Below, piece by piece: positions 1-10,343 of a stretch of 64,000 bases of DNA (position 1 is the stretch's first letter; each line of letters begins with the position of its first letter). The translations under genes were made by a program, and so were the position numbers. The stretch spans positions 928,001 through 992,000 of the forward strand of contig CAVQHD010000001.1 of the NCBI GenBank assembly GCA_963712275.1, in the 5' to 3' direction. The stretch comes from an uncultured Rhabdochlamydiaceae bacterium (GTDB lineage Bacteria; Chlamydiota; Chlamydiia; Chlamydiales; Rhabdochlamydiaceae). The notes below the pieces were generated by a model, which was given only the letters and a program-made list of their open reading frames with translations, made no database searches and was not told where the DNA came from.

Positions 1-568
1 GTTCCTGAGCAAGTAATTTCCCTTTGCCAAAAGGCCTAAATGCGATCAACTTGATTTGATGGGCAGAGCAGTAATCCAAGAGCTCTTTTTGATTCAAATA
101 GGGATGAAATTCTACTTGGTTGGCAAAAGGGGCGCAACCTGCTTTGCGAAGATCTTCTAGATGGTGGATGTTATAATTACTCACTCCAGCTCGATGGATT
201 TTCCCTTGGTCGGCCAACCTTTCCATCGCGATAAATATTTTTTCCAGAGGAAATTTTCGATCAGGTGCATGGATCAGATAGAGATCTAAGTAATCTGTTC
301 CGAGCTCCTTGAGAGCTTGTTCACAAGCCTTTTGTACCGATTTCTCTACTGCTTTTGGATCAACCTGTTCATCAACAGCAATCTTAGATGTAAGGTAGAG
401 CTTTTTCCGATCAAACTCTTTGATCGCTTCTCGAATAGCCCGATGATTCTGATATACATGGGCTGTATCGATATGTGTATAGCCCAATTCTAACGCTAAT
501 TGCACAACCTTTGTGCACTCATTTCCTCGCAAATCCCAAGTTCCTAATCCAATGTGGGGCAGTTCCAT
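1..568 (-). CDS. Aldo/keto reductase (3' end beyond the window edge)
   Basis: Not in the ORF track. Manual translation from ATG 568 gives MELPHIGLGTWDLRGNECTKVVQLALELGYTHIDTAHVYQNH, with the AKR GLGTW and IDTAxxY motifs; GGAGG RBS upstream. Confidence 0.9.
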   Translation of the reverse strand, partial: MELPHIGLGTWDLRGNECTKVVQLALELGYTHIDTAHVYQNHRAIREAIKEFDRKKLYLTSKIAVDEQVDPKAVEKSVQKACEQALKELGTDYLDLYLIHAPDRKFPLEKIFIAMERLADQGKIHRAGVSNYNIHHLEDLRKAGCAPFANQVEFHPYLNQKELLDYCSAHQIKLIAFRPFGKGKLLAQE

Positions 569-590
569 CTTCCTCCAAGCTTAGAATATT

Positions 591-1955
591 TCAACGTTTT
601 GCTCTTCGACGGTATCTCAAATTTCGAGTCTTTCCAACCCGTTCAACCAATCGTTTTTCAATGAGAGAATTAAGCCATCTTTGTGCCGTTGCGCGAGAAA
701 TAGAAAATTTATTGACGACATCTTGCGTGGTGATCTCACTTTGTGAATAGAATAGAGCTAAAACATTCTCTTCAGTTTGATCCTTTGCCGAGCTTAACTG
801 AGAAGAGCCTCTTGGCAAGATGCATTTTACAAAATTTGCCCCTTCAATAATTTGAGGTTTTTCAAGTCCCCAAGCTTCATAACTTTTAAAGATATTAATG
901 AATCCAGTTCCCATTTTTTCTACGAGACCCATTTCCCGAAAAATTTTGCATATAGCTGGATTGCGCAGGTATGTCAGCCCCATTAATAATTGATCTTGTT
1001 CAATAGGACCCGAAAAACCGCCCGGACTAAATAACTCCAAACGGTCATCGTATATAGAAATTTTGGAAGGAGCCTTGATATGATAATTTCGGTGAACCAG
1101 TAAATTGATCAACGCCTCTCTAAATGCAACCTCAGGAATTTCCAATTTTTCATCTCTTATAACCCCTGAAATTGAAAATGACTTTGAAAGACGACTGAGA
1201 ACAAAATGATGAGCTTGCTGAAATTGGTTTAAAAGGGTTCCTTCACAATCGATTGAAGCAATAGCATCTCTGCCTTCGATGCCTCGGAAATGACTCACAA
1301 TGATCATGGCTTCTGAAAGAAAAAGCTGGGGGGATTTTCCAAAATTTAACAGACCTGCATAAGTGGGAAAGAGTTTGGAATGTTCCTCAACAACCAAAGA
1401 ATAGGAACGCAGGACGTCTTGTGTCACTTTTGCAGATGCTTGATTCTTTCTATGATCAAGAAAATTTTGGACTAATTGGCTGTCTAGAGTGTCAAGTGAT
1501 GCGTTATAAACTGGAAGTGTTTCAAAATCTATTCTGTGTGATTGCCATTTGAGCTCTTCAATCATAGCAGGAGTAGCATGTACAGTGCTTCGCCCTATGC
1601 GAATATAGGTTCCTTTTTCTAGGCCTTCAGATTTTCTAAAATAGGGTTTGCTCATTCCCGATGATACGGCGATAATTAATACAGTCTTATCCCCGAACAC
1701 TTGGGTGGATATTAAAGGAATAATAGGTGGATAACAGGCCTCATAAATAGAATGGTCTAATGATTCAAGAAGTTTGTTTATTTGATCTTCAGGAAGTCCT
1801 AGTATTGCCCGGTCATCATCGACGCCGAGTATCAGTCTTCCGCCCTTTTGGTTGCAAAAACCGATGATTGTTTTAATGATTTGCTCATTTTTGGGAACTT
1901 CTCTTTTAAATTCCAACAAAACGGACTCTGATTCTGGGTAACGAAATAAGCTCAT
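591..1955 (-). CDS. AlbA_2/Schlafen-like DNA-binding domain + HATPase_c_4 (RecG-C-like) + C-terminal wHTH protein
   Basis: Motifs ESVLLEFK...FCNQKGGRLILGVDD, REALINLLVHRNY, RNPAICKIFREMGLVEKMGTG, and a C-terminal HTH (ITTQDVVNKFSISRATAQRWL). Confidence 0.85.
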   Translation of the reverse strand: MSLFRYPESESVLLEFKREVPKNEQIIKTIIGFCNQKGGRLILGVDDDRAILGLPEDQINKLLESLDHSIYEACYPPIIPLISTQVFGDKTVLIIAVSSGMSKPYFRKSEGLEKGTYIRIGRSTVHATPAMIEELKWQSHRIDFETLPVYNASLDTLDSQLVQNFLDHRKNQASAKVTQDVLRSYSLVVEEHSKLFPTYAGLLNFGKSPQLFLSEAMIIVSHFRGIEGRDAIASIDCEGTLLNQFQQAHHFVLSRLSKSFSISGVIRDEKLEIPEVAFREALINLLVHRNYHIKAPSKISIYDDRLELFSPGGFSGPIEQDQLLMGLTYLRNPAICKIFREMGLVEKMGTGFINIFKSYEAWGLEKPQIIEGANFVKCILPRGSSQLSSAKDQTEENVLALFYSQSEITTQDVVNKFSISRATAQRWLNSLIEKRLVERVGKTRNLRYRRRAKR

Positions 1956-1970
1956 AGTCCTTCCTCTTTA

Positions 1971-2050
1971 GCCTCATTATGCCTCAAATGAGGCGAATGA
2001 GGCAAATAAAATGCGAAATTTAGATGTTTTTTGCCTCATTCGCCTCATTT
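1971..2050. repeat. GCCTCA(TT) unit cluster containing a perfect 21-bp inverted repeat; putative operator
   Basis: AAATGAGGCGAATGAGGCAAA (1986-2006) and TTTGCCTCATTCGCCTCATTT (2030-2050), plus extra GCCTCA units at 1971 and 1981. Confidence 0.75.
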
Positions 2051-2083
2051 TTGGAGTTCTTCTCTTCAGCGCTCAAACTCCGG

Positions 2084-2112
2084 TTGAATCTGAACAGCTT
2101 TTGTTATACAAT
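2084..2112 (+). promoter_or_regulatory. Putative sigma66/sigma70 promoter of ffh
   Basis: TTGAAT-17 bp-TACAAT, 14 nt upstream of the ATG. Confidence 0.55.
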
Positions 2113-2126
2113 GACCGCCTTACGAT

Positions 2127-3464
2127 ATGTTTGGAACATTAACAGAAAAATTTAGAAATTTAGCCTCCCGCTTAGCTGGTCAAAAAACGGTTTCCGAAGC
2201 CAACATTTCGGAGGCGGTGAGCCAGGTTCGTTTGGCGCTGCTCGATGCCGATGTCAATTTCACCGTTGCAGGGCAATTTGTCAAGCGGGTGAAAGAAAAA
2301 GCGCTGGGGGAGAAAGTGTTAAAGGCTGTCTCTCCAGGAGAGCAATTTATTCAAATTGTTCATGATGAGTTGATCGCTTTGATGGGGACACAGGAAGCCC
2401 CCCTTAACATGTCGGGATCGCCAATGGTCTTGATGTTGTGCGGATTGCAAGGTTCTGGAAAGACGACAACGGCGGCAAAGCTGGCCCATTTTTTACAGAA
2501 AAAACCTTACCTTAAAAAGGTACTTGTTGCTGCCTGTGACTTACAAAGGCCTGCGGCAATCCAGCAACTTCAGACACTATGCTCATCGATTGAAGTGCCC
2601 TTATTTACAATTGCAGGAGAGCAAGACCCTATTGTGGTTGCGCGAGAAGCTTTAAAAGAGGCTAGAGTTAAGCAATTTGACGTTTTGATCATCGACACTG
2701 CAGGGCGGCTTCATATTGATGAAGAACTGATGGATCAGCTGCGCCGCATTAAAGAAGAGACCCAGCCTCACGAAATTTTATTTGTCGCAAGTGCTCATGC
2801 GGGACAAGACGCGGCGATCACTGCCCAAACCTTTGATCGGCAGATGTCGATCACAGGCACAATTCTCACGATGCTCGATGGAACCTCGCGGGCAGGAGCT
2901 GCGATTTCCATTCGAGAAGTGACGCAAAAGCCGTTAAAATTTGAAGGGATTGGGGAGAAGGTTGGAGATTTTCAGCCGTTTAATCCTAGGTCCATGACAG
3001 ACCGAATCTTAGGAATGGGCGACATTGTTAACCTTGTCCGCTTGGCTAAAGAAGAGTTTAATGAAAATCAGAGCGAGGCGCTTGAAAAAAAGCTTCTGAA
3101 AGCAGCCTTTACCTATGACGACTACCTCAGCCAGATGGGGGCGATGAAGAGAATGGGGCCTCTAAAAGGGCTACTTCAAATGCTTCCGGGCGCTTCCCAG
3201 CTTCCAAACCTTGATCAATCTGAGGACGAATTTAAGAAAATAGAGGCGATGATTTTATCGATGACTCCACTGGAGAGGCTGGAAAAGGTGGAACTCCTCC
3301 CTTCCAGACGGTGGCGCATTGCTAAAGGAAGCGGAAGATCGGTAGATGATGTGAATCGACTTGTTAAACGGTTTAGGGAGATGAGGGATTTGATCAAAAG
3401 GCTTCCGAAAAAGGGTTTACAAAATCCCGCCTCTCTGAAAAACTTTAGCGATCTTTTTAAATAA
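2127..3464 (+). CDS. ffh: Signal recognition particle protein Ffh
   Basis: Motifs GLQGSGKTT, DTAGR and RILGMGD; M-domain; upstream of rpsP. Confidence 0.97.
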   Translation: MFGTLTEKFRNLASRLAGQKTVSEANISEAVSQVRLALLDADVNFTVAGQFVKRVKEKALGEKVLKAVSPGEQFIQIVHDELIALMGTQEAPLNMSGSPMVLMLCGLQGSGKTTTAAKLAHFLQKKPYLKKVLVAACDLQRPAAIQQLQTLCSSIEVPLFTIAGEQDPIVVAREALKEARVKQFDVLIIDTAGRLHIDEELMDQLRRIKEETQPHEILFVASAHAGQDAAITAQTFDRQMSITGTILTMLDGTSRAGAAISIREVTQKPLKFEGIGEKVGDFQPFNPRSMTDRILGMGDIVNLVRLAKEEFNENQSEALEKKLLKAAFTYDDYLSQMGAMKRMGPLKGLLQMLPGASQLPNLDQSEDEFKKIEAMILSMTPLERLEKVELLPSRRWRIAKGSGRSVDDVNRLVKRFREMRDLIKRLPKKGLQNPASLKNFSDLFK

Positions 3465-3501
3465 GAGGTAGTTTTGTGAGCTCCCTCAACAAGGAGAAAA
3501 T

Positions 3502-3855
3502 ATGGCAGTAAAAATTCGAATGCGGCAGCAAGGCCGTAAAAACAGGCAGACATTTCGCCTCGTGGTGACCGATATCCGAAATCCTCGTGATGGAAATTAT
3601 GTCGAAACATTGGGATCTTATGACCCCCATCGAAAGCAAAATAATCTCACCGTCAACGCAGCTCGTCTGGGTTATTGGCTGAGTCAAGGGGCTGAACTTT
3701 CTGCAAGCGCTGAAAAATTAGTGAAGGGAGTTGCCCCTGAGGTGATTCAAGAGCTTCAAACGAAGAGGAATGCAGCCCGACTTAAACAAGCGGCTATCCG
3801 ACGTCGAAAAAAAGCTCCAGCTGCAAAAAAGGTGCAATCAAAGGATGAAAGTTGA
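3502..3855 (+). CDS. rpsP: 30S ribosomal protein S16
   Basis: [13 protein letters not shown]...[14 protein letters not shown]; operon context. Confidence 0.97.
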   Translation: MAVKIRMRQQGRKNRQTFRLVVTDIRNPRDGNYVETLGSYDPHRKQNNLTVNAARLGYWLSQGAELSASAEKLVKGVAPEVIQELQTKRNAARLKQAAIRRRKKAPAAKKVQSKDES

Positions 3856-4504
3856 TATCCTCTCTCTTTTTCCAGAGTATTTTCGGGGACCTTTTAGTGT
3901 CAGTATTTTAAAAAAGGCTCAGGAAAAAGGGCTTTTAGAGATTCAGTTGATCGATATCCGCCGCTTTGCAAAGGGGAAGCATGCGAAGGTCGATGACCGT
4001 CCTTATGGAGGAGGCCCTGGGATGGTGCTCATGGCAGAGCCTGTTTGCGAGGCGATCCGCAGCGTGAAGCGAGAAGGAAGCTATGTGATGTACCTTTCTC
4101 CGCAAGGAGAAAAGCTCAGTTCGAAAAAATGCCAAGAGCTCGCAAAGGTGGACCACCTGATTTTACTCTGCGGCCACTATGAAGGGGTAGATGAAAGAAT
4201 CCTTCAAACAGGGCTGGTCGATGCAGAGCTGAGCATTGGAGATTATGTGCTCACGAATGGAGGGCTGGCAGCAATTGTAGTAGTGGATGCTACCGCTCGA
4301 TTTATTCCCGGTGTGTTAGGGCATGAAGAGTCGGCCTGGCAAGAGTCATTTCAAGGAGAGACATTTGATGCGCCTCACTACACAAGGCCTAAAGTCTTTG
4401 AAGGGCTCGAAGTTCCCGAGGTATTGCAAACGGGGGACCACGCAAAAATTGCCGAGTGGAGAAAAGCAGAAGGGCAAAAAAAGTTTAAGGAGTCTAGAAT
4501 ATGA
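3845..4504 (+). CDS. trmD: tRNA (guanine-N1)-methyltransferase
   Basis: Motifs [22 protein letters not shown] and SIGDYVL; start moved to ATG 3845 ([10 protein letters not shown]). Confidence 0.97.
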   Translation: MKVDILSLFPEYFRGPFSVSILKKAQEKGLLEIQLIDIRRFAKGKHAKVDDRPYGGGPGMVLMAEPVCEAIRSVKREGSYVMYLSPQGEKLSSKKCQELAKVDHLILLCGHYEGVDERILQTGLVDAELSIGDYVLTNGGLAAIVVVDATARFIPGVLGHEESAWQESFQGETFDAPHYTRPKVFEGLEVPEVLQTGDHAKIAEWRKAEGQKKFKESRI

Positions 4505-4902
4505 AACAGAATAAAGTGATTCAGGAGCTTGGGAAAGAATTTCTCAAAAAAGACCTTCCCTCCTTCCGCATTGGAGATACCCTTTGCGTTCATACTCGCA
4601 TTGTTGAAGGGGAAAAAGAGCGGATTCAAATGTTCACGGGAACCGTGATTGCTCGGCGCGGAAGTGGTCTTTCCGAAACCATTGCTCTTTACAGGGTTTC
4701 CTACCAAACAGGGATGGAGAGGGTTTTTCTTCTTCATAGCCCTCGGATCACAAAAATTGAAGTTGTCAAGAGTGGAAAAGTTCGTCGGAGCAAGCTCTAC
4801 AACCTTCGAGGAGCAACAGGTAAGGCTGCCAAAGTAGAAGAACAAATTGGCTCTGGGGTCGAACATGAGGGCAGCAAAGACGCTGAAGCTTCCACGAGCT
4901 AA
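4501..4902 (+). CDS. rplS: 50S ribosomal protein L19
   Basis: Motifs [20 protein letters not shown] and [10 protein letters not shown]. Confidence 0.97.
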   Translation: MKQNKVIQELGKEFLKKDLPSFRIGDTLCVHTRIVEGEKERIQMFTGTVIARRGSGLSETIALYRVSYQTGMERVFLLHSPRITKIEVVKSGKVRRSKLYNLRGATGKAAKVEEQIGSGVEHEGSKDAEASTS

Positions 4903-5533
4903 ACGGAAGCGGTTTCTTGAAATTACCCGCTTTGAAGAGGCGGCACGGGTTCAAGGATATTCAAGCATCGCAGGTGTGGATGAAGCAGGGCGCGGGCCGC
5001 TCGCAGGTCCTGTTGTTGCAGCGGCCTGCATTCTTCCCGAAGATTTTTTTCTTCCTGAGATCGATGATAGCAAGCAGCTGACCCCCGAGGAGCGCAAGAA
5101 ATTCTATCAGACTCTGATGGCATCTCCAGGAGTGGCTTACGGAATCGGGATTGTTGAAGCCTTTATCATCGATCAAATCAACATTCTGCAGGCGACTCTG
5201 CAAGCGATGGCAGCTGCCATCCTGCAGTTAAGAAAGCAGCCCGATTTTGTTCTTGTGGATGGTAATCGTGCGCCCGTGGTTTCGATGCCATGCCAGCCCC
5301 TCGTCCATGGGGATCGTTTATCTCAATCGATTATGGCCGCTGCGATTATCGCAAAAGTTACGCGTGATGGACAAATGGTGGAATACCATCAAAAGTGGCC
5401 CGAGTACGGCTTTGCTTCTCATAAGGGGTATCCGACGCCTGAGCATCTGGCTGCCCTCGATAAATGGGGCGCTTGTCCCATTCATAGGCGGTCGTACGAA
5501 CCTGTAAGGAAGCAAATATGCGAAGAAGTATGA
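4865..5533 (+). CDS. rnhB: Ribonuclease HII
   Basis: Motifs GVDEAGRGPLAGPV, DSKQL and HKGY; start codon uncertain. Confidence 0.95.
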   Translation: MRAAKTLKLPRAKRKRFLEITRFEEAARVQGYSSIAGVDEAGRGPLAGPVVAAACILPEDFFLPEIDDSKQLTPEERKKFYQTLMASPGVAYGIGIVEAFIIDQINILQATLQAMAAAILQLRKQPDFVLVDGNRAPVVSMPCQPLVHGDRLSQSIMAAAIIAKVTRDGQMVEYHQKWPEYGFASHKGYPTPEHLAALDKWGACPIHRRSYEPVRKQICEEV

Positions 5534-6372
5534 CAGCTTATGGACGCGCTGTTTTGCAAACAGAGCGGCGTCAATGGACGGTTGAAATCTCCTCCGTGAA
5601 TCGAAAGGGGCTTGATCTTCACCTCCAATTGTCTCCCTCTTTGCTCTTTTTCGATCCGATTTTGAGAAAATGGATTGGCCAGGAAACAGAGAGAGGGAAC
5701 ATCACCGTTCGAGTGACATGCGAGCTTAAGGAGATGTCTCACTTGATTGAGCAGCTCAAGACTCAGAAAAAGAAATGGGAAAAGATTGCCCTAGAGATCG
5801 GCTCCCCTCAAGCGGAAATCACTCTCTCGTTTCTTCTAGCGCAGACCCCTCCCCAGGAAGCCGTGGTGGATAAAGCCTCTCTTGAGTGGGAATTAGGACA
5901 GGTTTGGAAAAAAGGGTTCGAGGCGTGGATGGTTATGAAACACCAGGAAGGGCGTCTTCTTGTGCAAGAGATTCAAAAAAGAATTAAGATAATTCAAAAA
6001 GAGATGAAGGAGATCGAAAAGGAGCTCCCAGCTCTCACCAAAAAACATCTTGTAAAGTTGTCCGAGCGCATGAAAGAATTGGAGCTTACGCTTACTCCAG
6101 AAGAGCTCCTGAAAGAGGCAGCCCTTCAAGCCAATAAGTGCGACATTACAGAAGAGATTGTTCGTCTTCAATCCCATATCCAGCAAATGGTGCTTTATCT
6201 AAAATCTCCAGAGAAAAGCGTCGGAAGAACACTCGATTTTCTCGCCCAAGAGATGGGACGTGAAATCGGAACCTTGATGGCGAAGGCAAGTGGTTCTAAG
6301 ATTGCACAAAAAGCCGTGCAGATTAAGAGCGAAATTGAAAAGATTCGGGAACAGGTGCAAAACATTGAGTAA
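5530..6372 (+). CDS. yicC: YicC/YloC family endoribonuclease
   Basis: MTAYGR...EISSVNRK; C-terminal GRTLDFLAQEMGRE...IEKIREQVQNIE. Confidence 0.92.
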   Translation: MTAYGRAVLQTERRQWTVEISSVNRKGLDLHLQLSPSLLFFDPILRKWIGQETERGNITVRVTCELKEMSHLIEQLKTQKKKWEKIALEIGSPQAEITLSFLLAQTPPQEAVVDKASLEWELGQVWKKGFEAWMVMKHQEGRLLVQEIQKRIKIIQKEMKEIEKELPALTKKHLVKLSERMKELELTLTPEELLKEAALQANKCDITEEIVRLQSHIQQMVLYLKSPEKSVGRTLDFLAQEMGREIGTLMAKASGSKIAQKAVQIKSEIEKIREQVQNIE

Positions 6373-6955
6373 AAAATTATTAGGCAATTTTTCGAGGGGG
6401 CTTCTATTTGTCCTCAGCGCTCCTGCGGGAACAGGCAAGACAACGCTAGTGCAGCAGCTCACACAGGAATTTCCATCTGTCATTCGGAGTGTCTCTTGCA
6501 CGACCCGAAAACCTCGGCCTGATGAAAAAGAAGGTGTTGATTATTTTTTTTTAACGGAAGAGGCTTTTCAGGCAAAACTTAAAAGTGGTGATTTTCTAGA
6601 GCATGCGGAGGTCTTTGGGGCTCTCTATGGAACCTCCCGCTTGTTTATTGAGACCGCTCAGAAGAGTGGAAAGCATGTCATTCTGGTCATTGACACTCAA
6701 GGAGCCCTGCAGATTAAAAAAATAATTGAAGCCACATTTATTTTTATTTCACCCCCTAACTTAGAGGAGCTCAAAAAAAGATTGCTTCGCCGCCGTACGG
6801 AACCGCTGGAAATGATTGAACAACGGCTCGCTTGGGCAGAGAGAGAGCTTGAGATGATCTCTCATTACGATTATCATGTTATCAACGATGATTTATCGGT
6901 TGCTTATACCGCTTTAAAAAGTATTTTAATCGCTGAAGAACACCGCATTCGGTAA
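6365..6955 (+). CDS. gmk: Guanylate kinase
   Basis: Motifs SAPAGTGKTT, TTRKPR and YGT; likely TTG start at 6365. Confidence 0.95.
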   Translation: MSKKLLGNFSRGLLFVLSAPAGTGKTTLVQQLTQEFPSVIRSVSCTTRKPRPDEKEGVDYFFLTEEAFQAKLKSGDFLEHAEVFGALYGTSRLFIETAQKSGKHVILVIDTQGALQIKKIIEATFIFISPPNLEELKKRLLRRRTEPLEMIEQRLAWAERELEMISHYDYHVINDDLSVAYTALKSILIAEEHRIR

Positions 6956-6974
6956 AAAGCCTCTAAGGAGATGT

Positions 6975-7196
6975 ATGTTACAAAAAAATCAACTCACCAA
7001 TGAAGCTTTAAAAAAGCATTTTCATGACAACTTCGAGCTTGCTCAGTTTGCAATCAATGTTGCTCGTTACTTGATTAGGGCGGGGCATGAGGTCGACGTT
7101 CCTTATCTGCTCAAAGAGATTCAGCGGAATCCCTCTCTCTATACCCCTGAGAGTTTAGCTCTTCTCGAAAGCGCAAATGAAGAAGAGGCGCCTTAA
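6975..7196 (+). CDS. Chlamydial CT031-like protein (RNA polymerase omega-like)
   Basis: Lies between gmk and metG as in Chlamydiae; LTNEALKKHFHDNFELAQFAI. Confidence 0.65.
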   Translation: MLQKNQLTNEALKKHFHDNFELAQFAINVARYLIRAGHEVDVPYLLKEIQRNPSLYTPESLALLESANEEEAP

Positions 7197-7208
7197 ACAG
7201 TTTCTAAT

Positions 7209-8882
7209 ATGTCTAAGACAGTGCTAGTTACTTCTGCTCTTCCTTATGCGAATGGACAGCTTCATTTTGGCCATATTGCAGGGGCTTACCTTCCAGCCGA
7301 TTGCTATGCCCGCTTTGAGCGGCTGCAAGGCAAGGATGTGCTCTATATTTGCGGTTCAGACGAGTATGGGATTGCCATCACACTAAGTGCAGAGATGGCT
7401 GGAAAAACTCCCAAAGAACACGTCGATCATTTTCACGCTGTCAATCGGGACTTATTTGCAAAACTCCATTTTTCATTCGACCACTTTTCTCGAACCACAT
7501 GGCCTGGGCATATTCCTGTGGTTCAGCAATTTTTTCTCGACCTGCTCAGAAACGGCTATATTGAAGAAAAGGTCACAGAGCAGCTCTTTTCACCCCAAGA
7601 AAATCGGTTTCTAGCAGATCGGTATGTGACAGGAATTTGTCCTAAGTGCGGCTATGAGGCTGCGCGTGGAGATGAGTGCCAGCGGTGTGGGGCAAGCTAT
7701 GAAGCCACAGATTTAAAGATGCCTTGCTCCAAACTTTCCGGCGCTCCTCTCGTGTTAAAAGAGACCAAACATTGGTTTTTGCGCTTTGATCTGTTTAAAG
7801 AAAAACTAACCGACTGGCTTTCCCAGAAATCGTGGAAGCCAAATGTCATCAACTTTGCGCGCAGTTATGTCGACGATCTTAAGCCTCGAGCCATCACACG
7901 CGATGGGGAGTGGGGGATTCCCATTCCTTTACCAGGAACGGAGGGGAAAGTCCTCTATGTTTGGTTTGATGCTCCGATCGGCTATATTTCAGCAACGCAG
8001 GAGTGGGCTCAGCTCAAAGGCGATCCAGAGGCGTGGAAAAAGTACTGGGACTCAGAGACAACCTACGTCCAATTTGTAGGGAAAGACAACATCCCGTTCC
8101 ATGCGGTTTTTTTTCCTGCAATGGTCATGGGCCAGAACACTCCTTATCATCTGGTCGATCAACTTCCCTCCAACGAATTTTTGAACCTCGAAGGGCGGCA
8201 GTTTAGTAAATCAGATGGATGGACGATTGATCTTGCCGATTTTTTTACTCAGTTTACCGCCGATCAAATCCGTTACACGCTGGCTGCAAATGCACCTGAA
8301 AATCAAGACTCTGAATTCACTTGGAGAGATTTTCAAACCCGCTGCAATTCTGAGCTCTTGGGAAAATACGGAAATCTCGCCAACCGAGTTCTTGTCTTTT
8401 TACATAACCAGTGCGGAGGCAAGGTCCCTTCAGCTGCGATCTCAGGCTCGACCTTCCTGCAAGATATACAGGCAAAGAGTGAAGAAATCAGACACGCCTA
8501 CAGCCAGTTTCACCTAAGGAAAGCAGCGGCCCTCATCATGGAGATGGCTCAGCTAGGCAATGTCTATTTTGATGCGCAGAAACCCTGGATTCTTGCAAAA
8601 TCTCCAGGCACACGCCCTCAAATGGAAAAAGTCCTCCTTGAGTGCCTGGAGTGTCTTAAGGTCCTTGCCTTAGTCTCTTCCCCGATCATTCCCGAGACGG
8701 CGCAAAAGCTGTGGCACCTGCTTGGATTTACATCCATCCTTGCTAAGGAGAAGTGGGACTATGTCATCCAGACGCCTCTTCACGACGGACTTACGCTTCC
8801 TAAGCCCGAAGTCCTTTTTAAGCGGGTGGAAGATGCCCAGGTTGCAGAGCAGGAAGAGAAACTAAAGGTGCTCAGGTGTTAA
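7209..8882 (+). CDS. metG: Methionine--tRNA ligase
   Basis: ALPYANGQLHFGH (HIGH-like), Zn-knuckle CPKC...CQRC, QFSKS. Confidence 0.97.
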   Translation: MSKTVLVTSALPYANGQLHFGHIAGAYLPADCYARFERLQGKDVLYICGSDEYGIAITLSAEMAGKTPKEHVDHFHAVNRDLFAKLHFSFDHFSRTTWPGHIPVVQQFFLDLLRNGYIEEKVTEQLFSPQENRFLADRYVTGICPKCGYEAARGDECQRCGASYEATDLKMPCSKLSGAPLVLKETKHWFLRFDLFKEKLTDWLSQKSWKPNVINFARSYVDDLKPRAITRDGEWGIPIPLPGTEGKVLYVWFDAPIGYISATQEWAQLKGDPEAWKKYWDSETTYVQFVGKDNIPFHAVFFPAMVMGQNTPYHLVDQLPSNEFLNLEGRQFSKSDGWTIDLADFFTQFTADQIRYTLAANAPENQDSEFTWRDFQTRCNSELLGKYGNLANRVLVFLHNQCGGKVPSAAISGSTFLQDIQAKSEEIRHAYSQFHLRKAAALIMEMAQLGNVYFDAQKPWILAKSPGTRPQMEKVLLECLECLKVLALVSSPIIPETAQKLWHLLGFTSILAKEKWDYVIQTPLHDGLTLPKPEVLFKRVEDAQVAEQEEKLKVLRC

Positions 8883-10289
8883 CTCTTTAAAGAGTTGCTC
8901 CTGTCCCTCGTTGATTTTAAGCTCGTTATTGCTGACTGTAGCCACCTCAACAAAATTGGGACCCCCAGCAACCTGCATGAGATTGCAGTAAAGCCTGTAG
9001 TGGATTGAAGGGTCGCGTAAATCCTGAATTGTACGGATTCTATTAAGGCGAAACCTTTTGGCATCGTCGGCAGAACTCTTAGCTGCATCTTGCTTGATCC
9101 TATCGTCTTGACTGTGATCGCGGAGAGTAGCGCGAACTCTCGCCTCCTCTACTTGCTCAGGGGCAATCTCCCTTATAAAAATCACTCGTCCTTTAAAATC
9201 TTTGAGCAAGCGATTAAACCTAAATGCATCGATTGCTGCGACCTCAGTGAGAAGGCAGGGGATATTTGAAACACGTTCGGTTAAATCATTTTTTAGCATC
9301 ATTGCTTCAAAATGAAAGTCTTGTTTACGACCCTTTTGGTCTTCGTTCAAATAAGGAATCAGATCGTCAAGACTAAAGGGCATGTACTGCTCGTTTTGAA
9401 ATAACGATTTTGAGAAAGAGGTTTTACCGGCTCCATAGGGGCCGATGACCGCTACAACACTCTTTTTGTCGGTAGGGAGTTGGAGGGTTTTCTGAAGAAC
9501 TGCGCTTGTAGAACTGAGATCTTGAAGATAACGGTCTATCGCGCGTTTTTGAGCTTCCAGGCGGCCTTCAATAAATACAGAACTCAAGCGGCCTTGCGTT
9601 GGAACCATGGCAGGCGTGCTACACCATTTTTTTACAAGATAGGTTGGAGGTGACAGAGAAGAAGGATGAGAATCGATTTTCTCTAATGCATTGCTGATGG
9701 GAAAAGGTGCATTTGATCCCTCTTTTTCTTGAATCTTTAAAAGCTCTTCAGTCGAGATGATGTCACCTTTATCAAAAGCAACAGTCCCATGAAAATTCCC
9801 AGCAATTTGCTCATCATAGAAGGATCTGTTTTCAGGGTTTTTACATTGATACAGTCCAGATAAAATCAGAACATGGGTGAGCAAAACATGAGGGGTTTTA
9901 AGATAGACATAATTTTTTTCAAACTGTTTATCTTGAGGATATTTGACAAGGTAATCCTCTGCCATCTTTTCGCGAAGTACAATTTGAGATTGATCTCCTT
10001 GTAAAATGAGTGAGAAAATAGCCATCAGAGGGTTATTCTCAGTGGAGTGAGTTTTTAAGTAATCTGTCACAGTGTGCGAGAGCATTTGTGTCAGATTCGA
10101 CTCATTAAAGAGCCGATCGCGGCGCAAAAGGGTAATTGCTTGCTCAATTTGCTGGTCTGTTTTGAATAGATCATAGACCCACTCTTTGAGCACCGTTTGA
10201 ATGTCTTGCACCGAGCTATTGACAATTATTTCTCCTGCACTAAAAGGTTGTGTCTGAGTAGAAGAAGTTGGATTGTTGTAGACAGCCAT
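8862..10289 (-). CDS. Hypothetical protein with C-terminal P-loop (zeta-toxin/AAA_33 kinase-like) domain
   Basis: Walker A VAVIGPYGAGKTS followed by SLDD; Ser/Thr-rich N-terminus; ATG 10289 with GGAG RBS. Confidence 0.55.
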   Translation of the reverse strand: MAVYNNPTSSTQTQPFSAGEIIVNSSVQDIQTVLKEWVYDLFKTDQQIEQAITLLRRDRLFNESNLTQMLSHTVTDYLKTHSTENNPLMAIFSLILQGDQSQIVLREKMAEDYLVKYPQDKQFEKNYVYLKTPHVLLTHVLILSGLYQCKNPENRSFYDEQIAGNFHGTVAFDKGDIISTEELLKIQEKEGSNAPFPISNALEKIDSHPSSLSPPTYLVKKWCSTPAMVPTQGRLSSVFIEGRLEAQKRAIDRYLQDLSSTSAVLQKTLQLPTDKKSVVAVIGPYGAGKTSFSKSLFQNEQYMPFSLDDLIPYLNEDQKGRKQDFHFEAMMLKNDLTERVSNIPCLLTEVAAIDAFRFNRLLKDFKGRVIFIREIAPEQVEEARVRATLRDHSQDDRIKQDAAKSSADDAKRFRLNRIRTIQDLRDPSIHYRLYCNLMQVAGGPNFVEVATVSNNELKINEGQEQLFKELTPEHL

Positions 10290-10343
10290 TGATAACTCCT
10301 TTGTTTGGAAGGGAGTATAGCTCAATGCGGGAAAATCAAGCAA

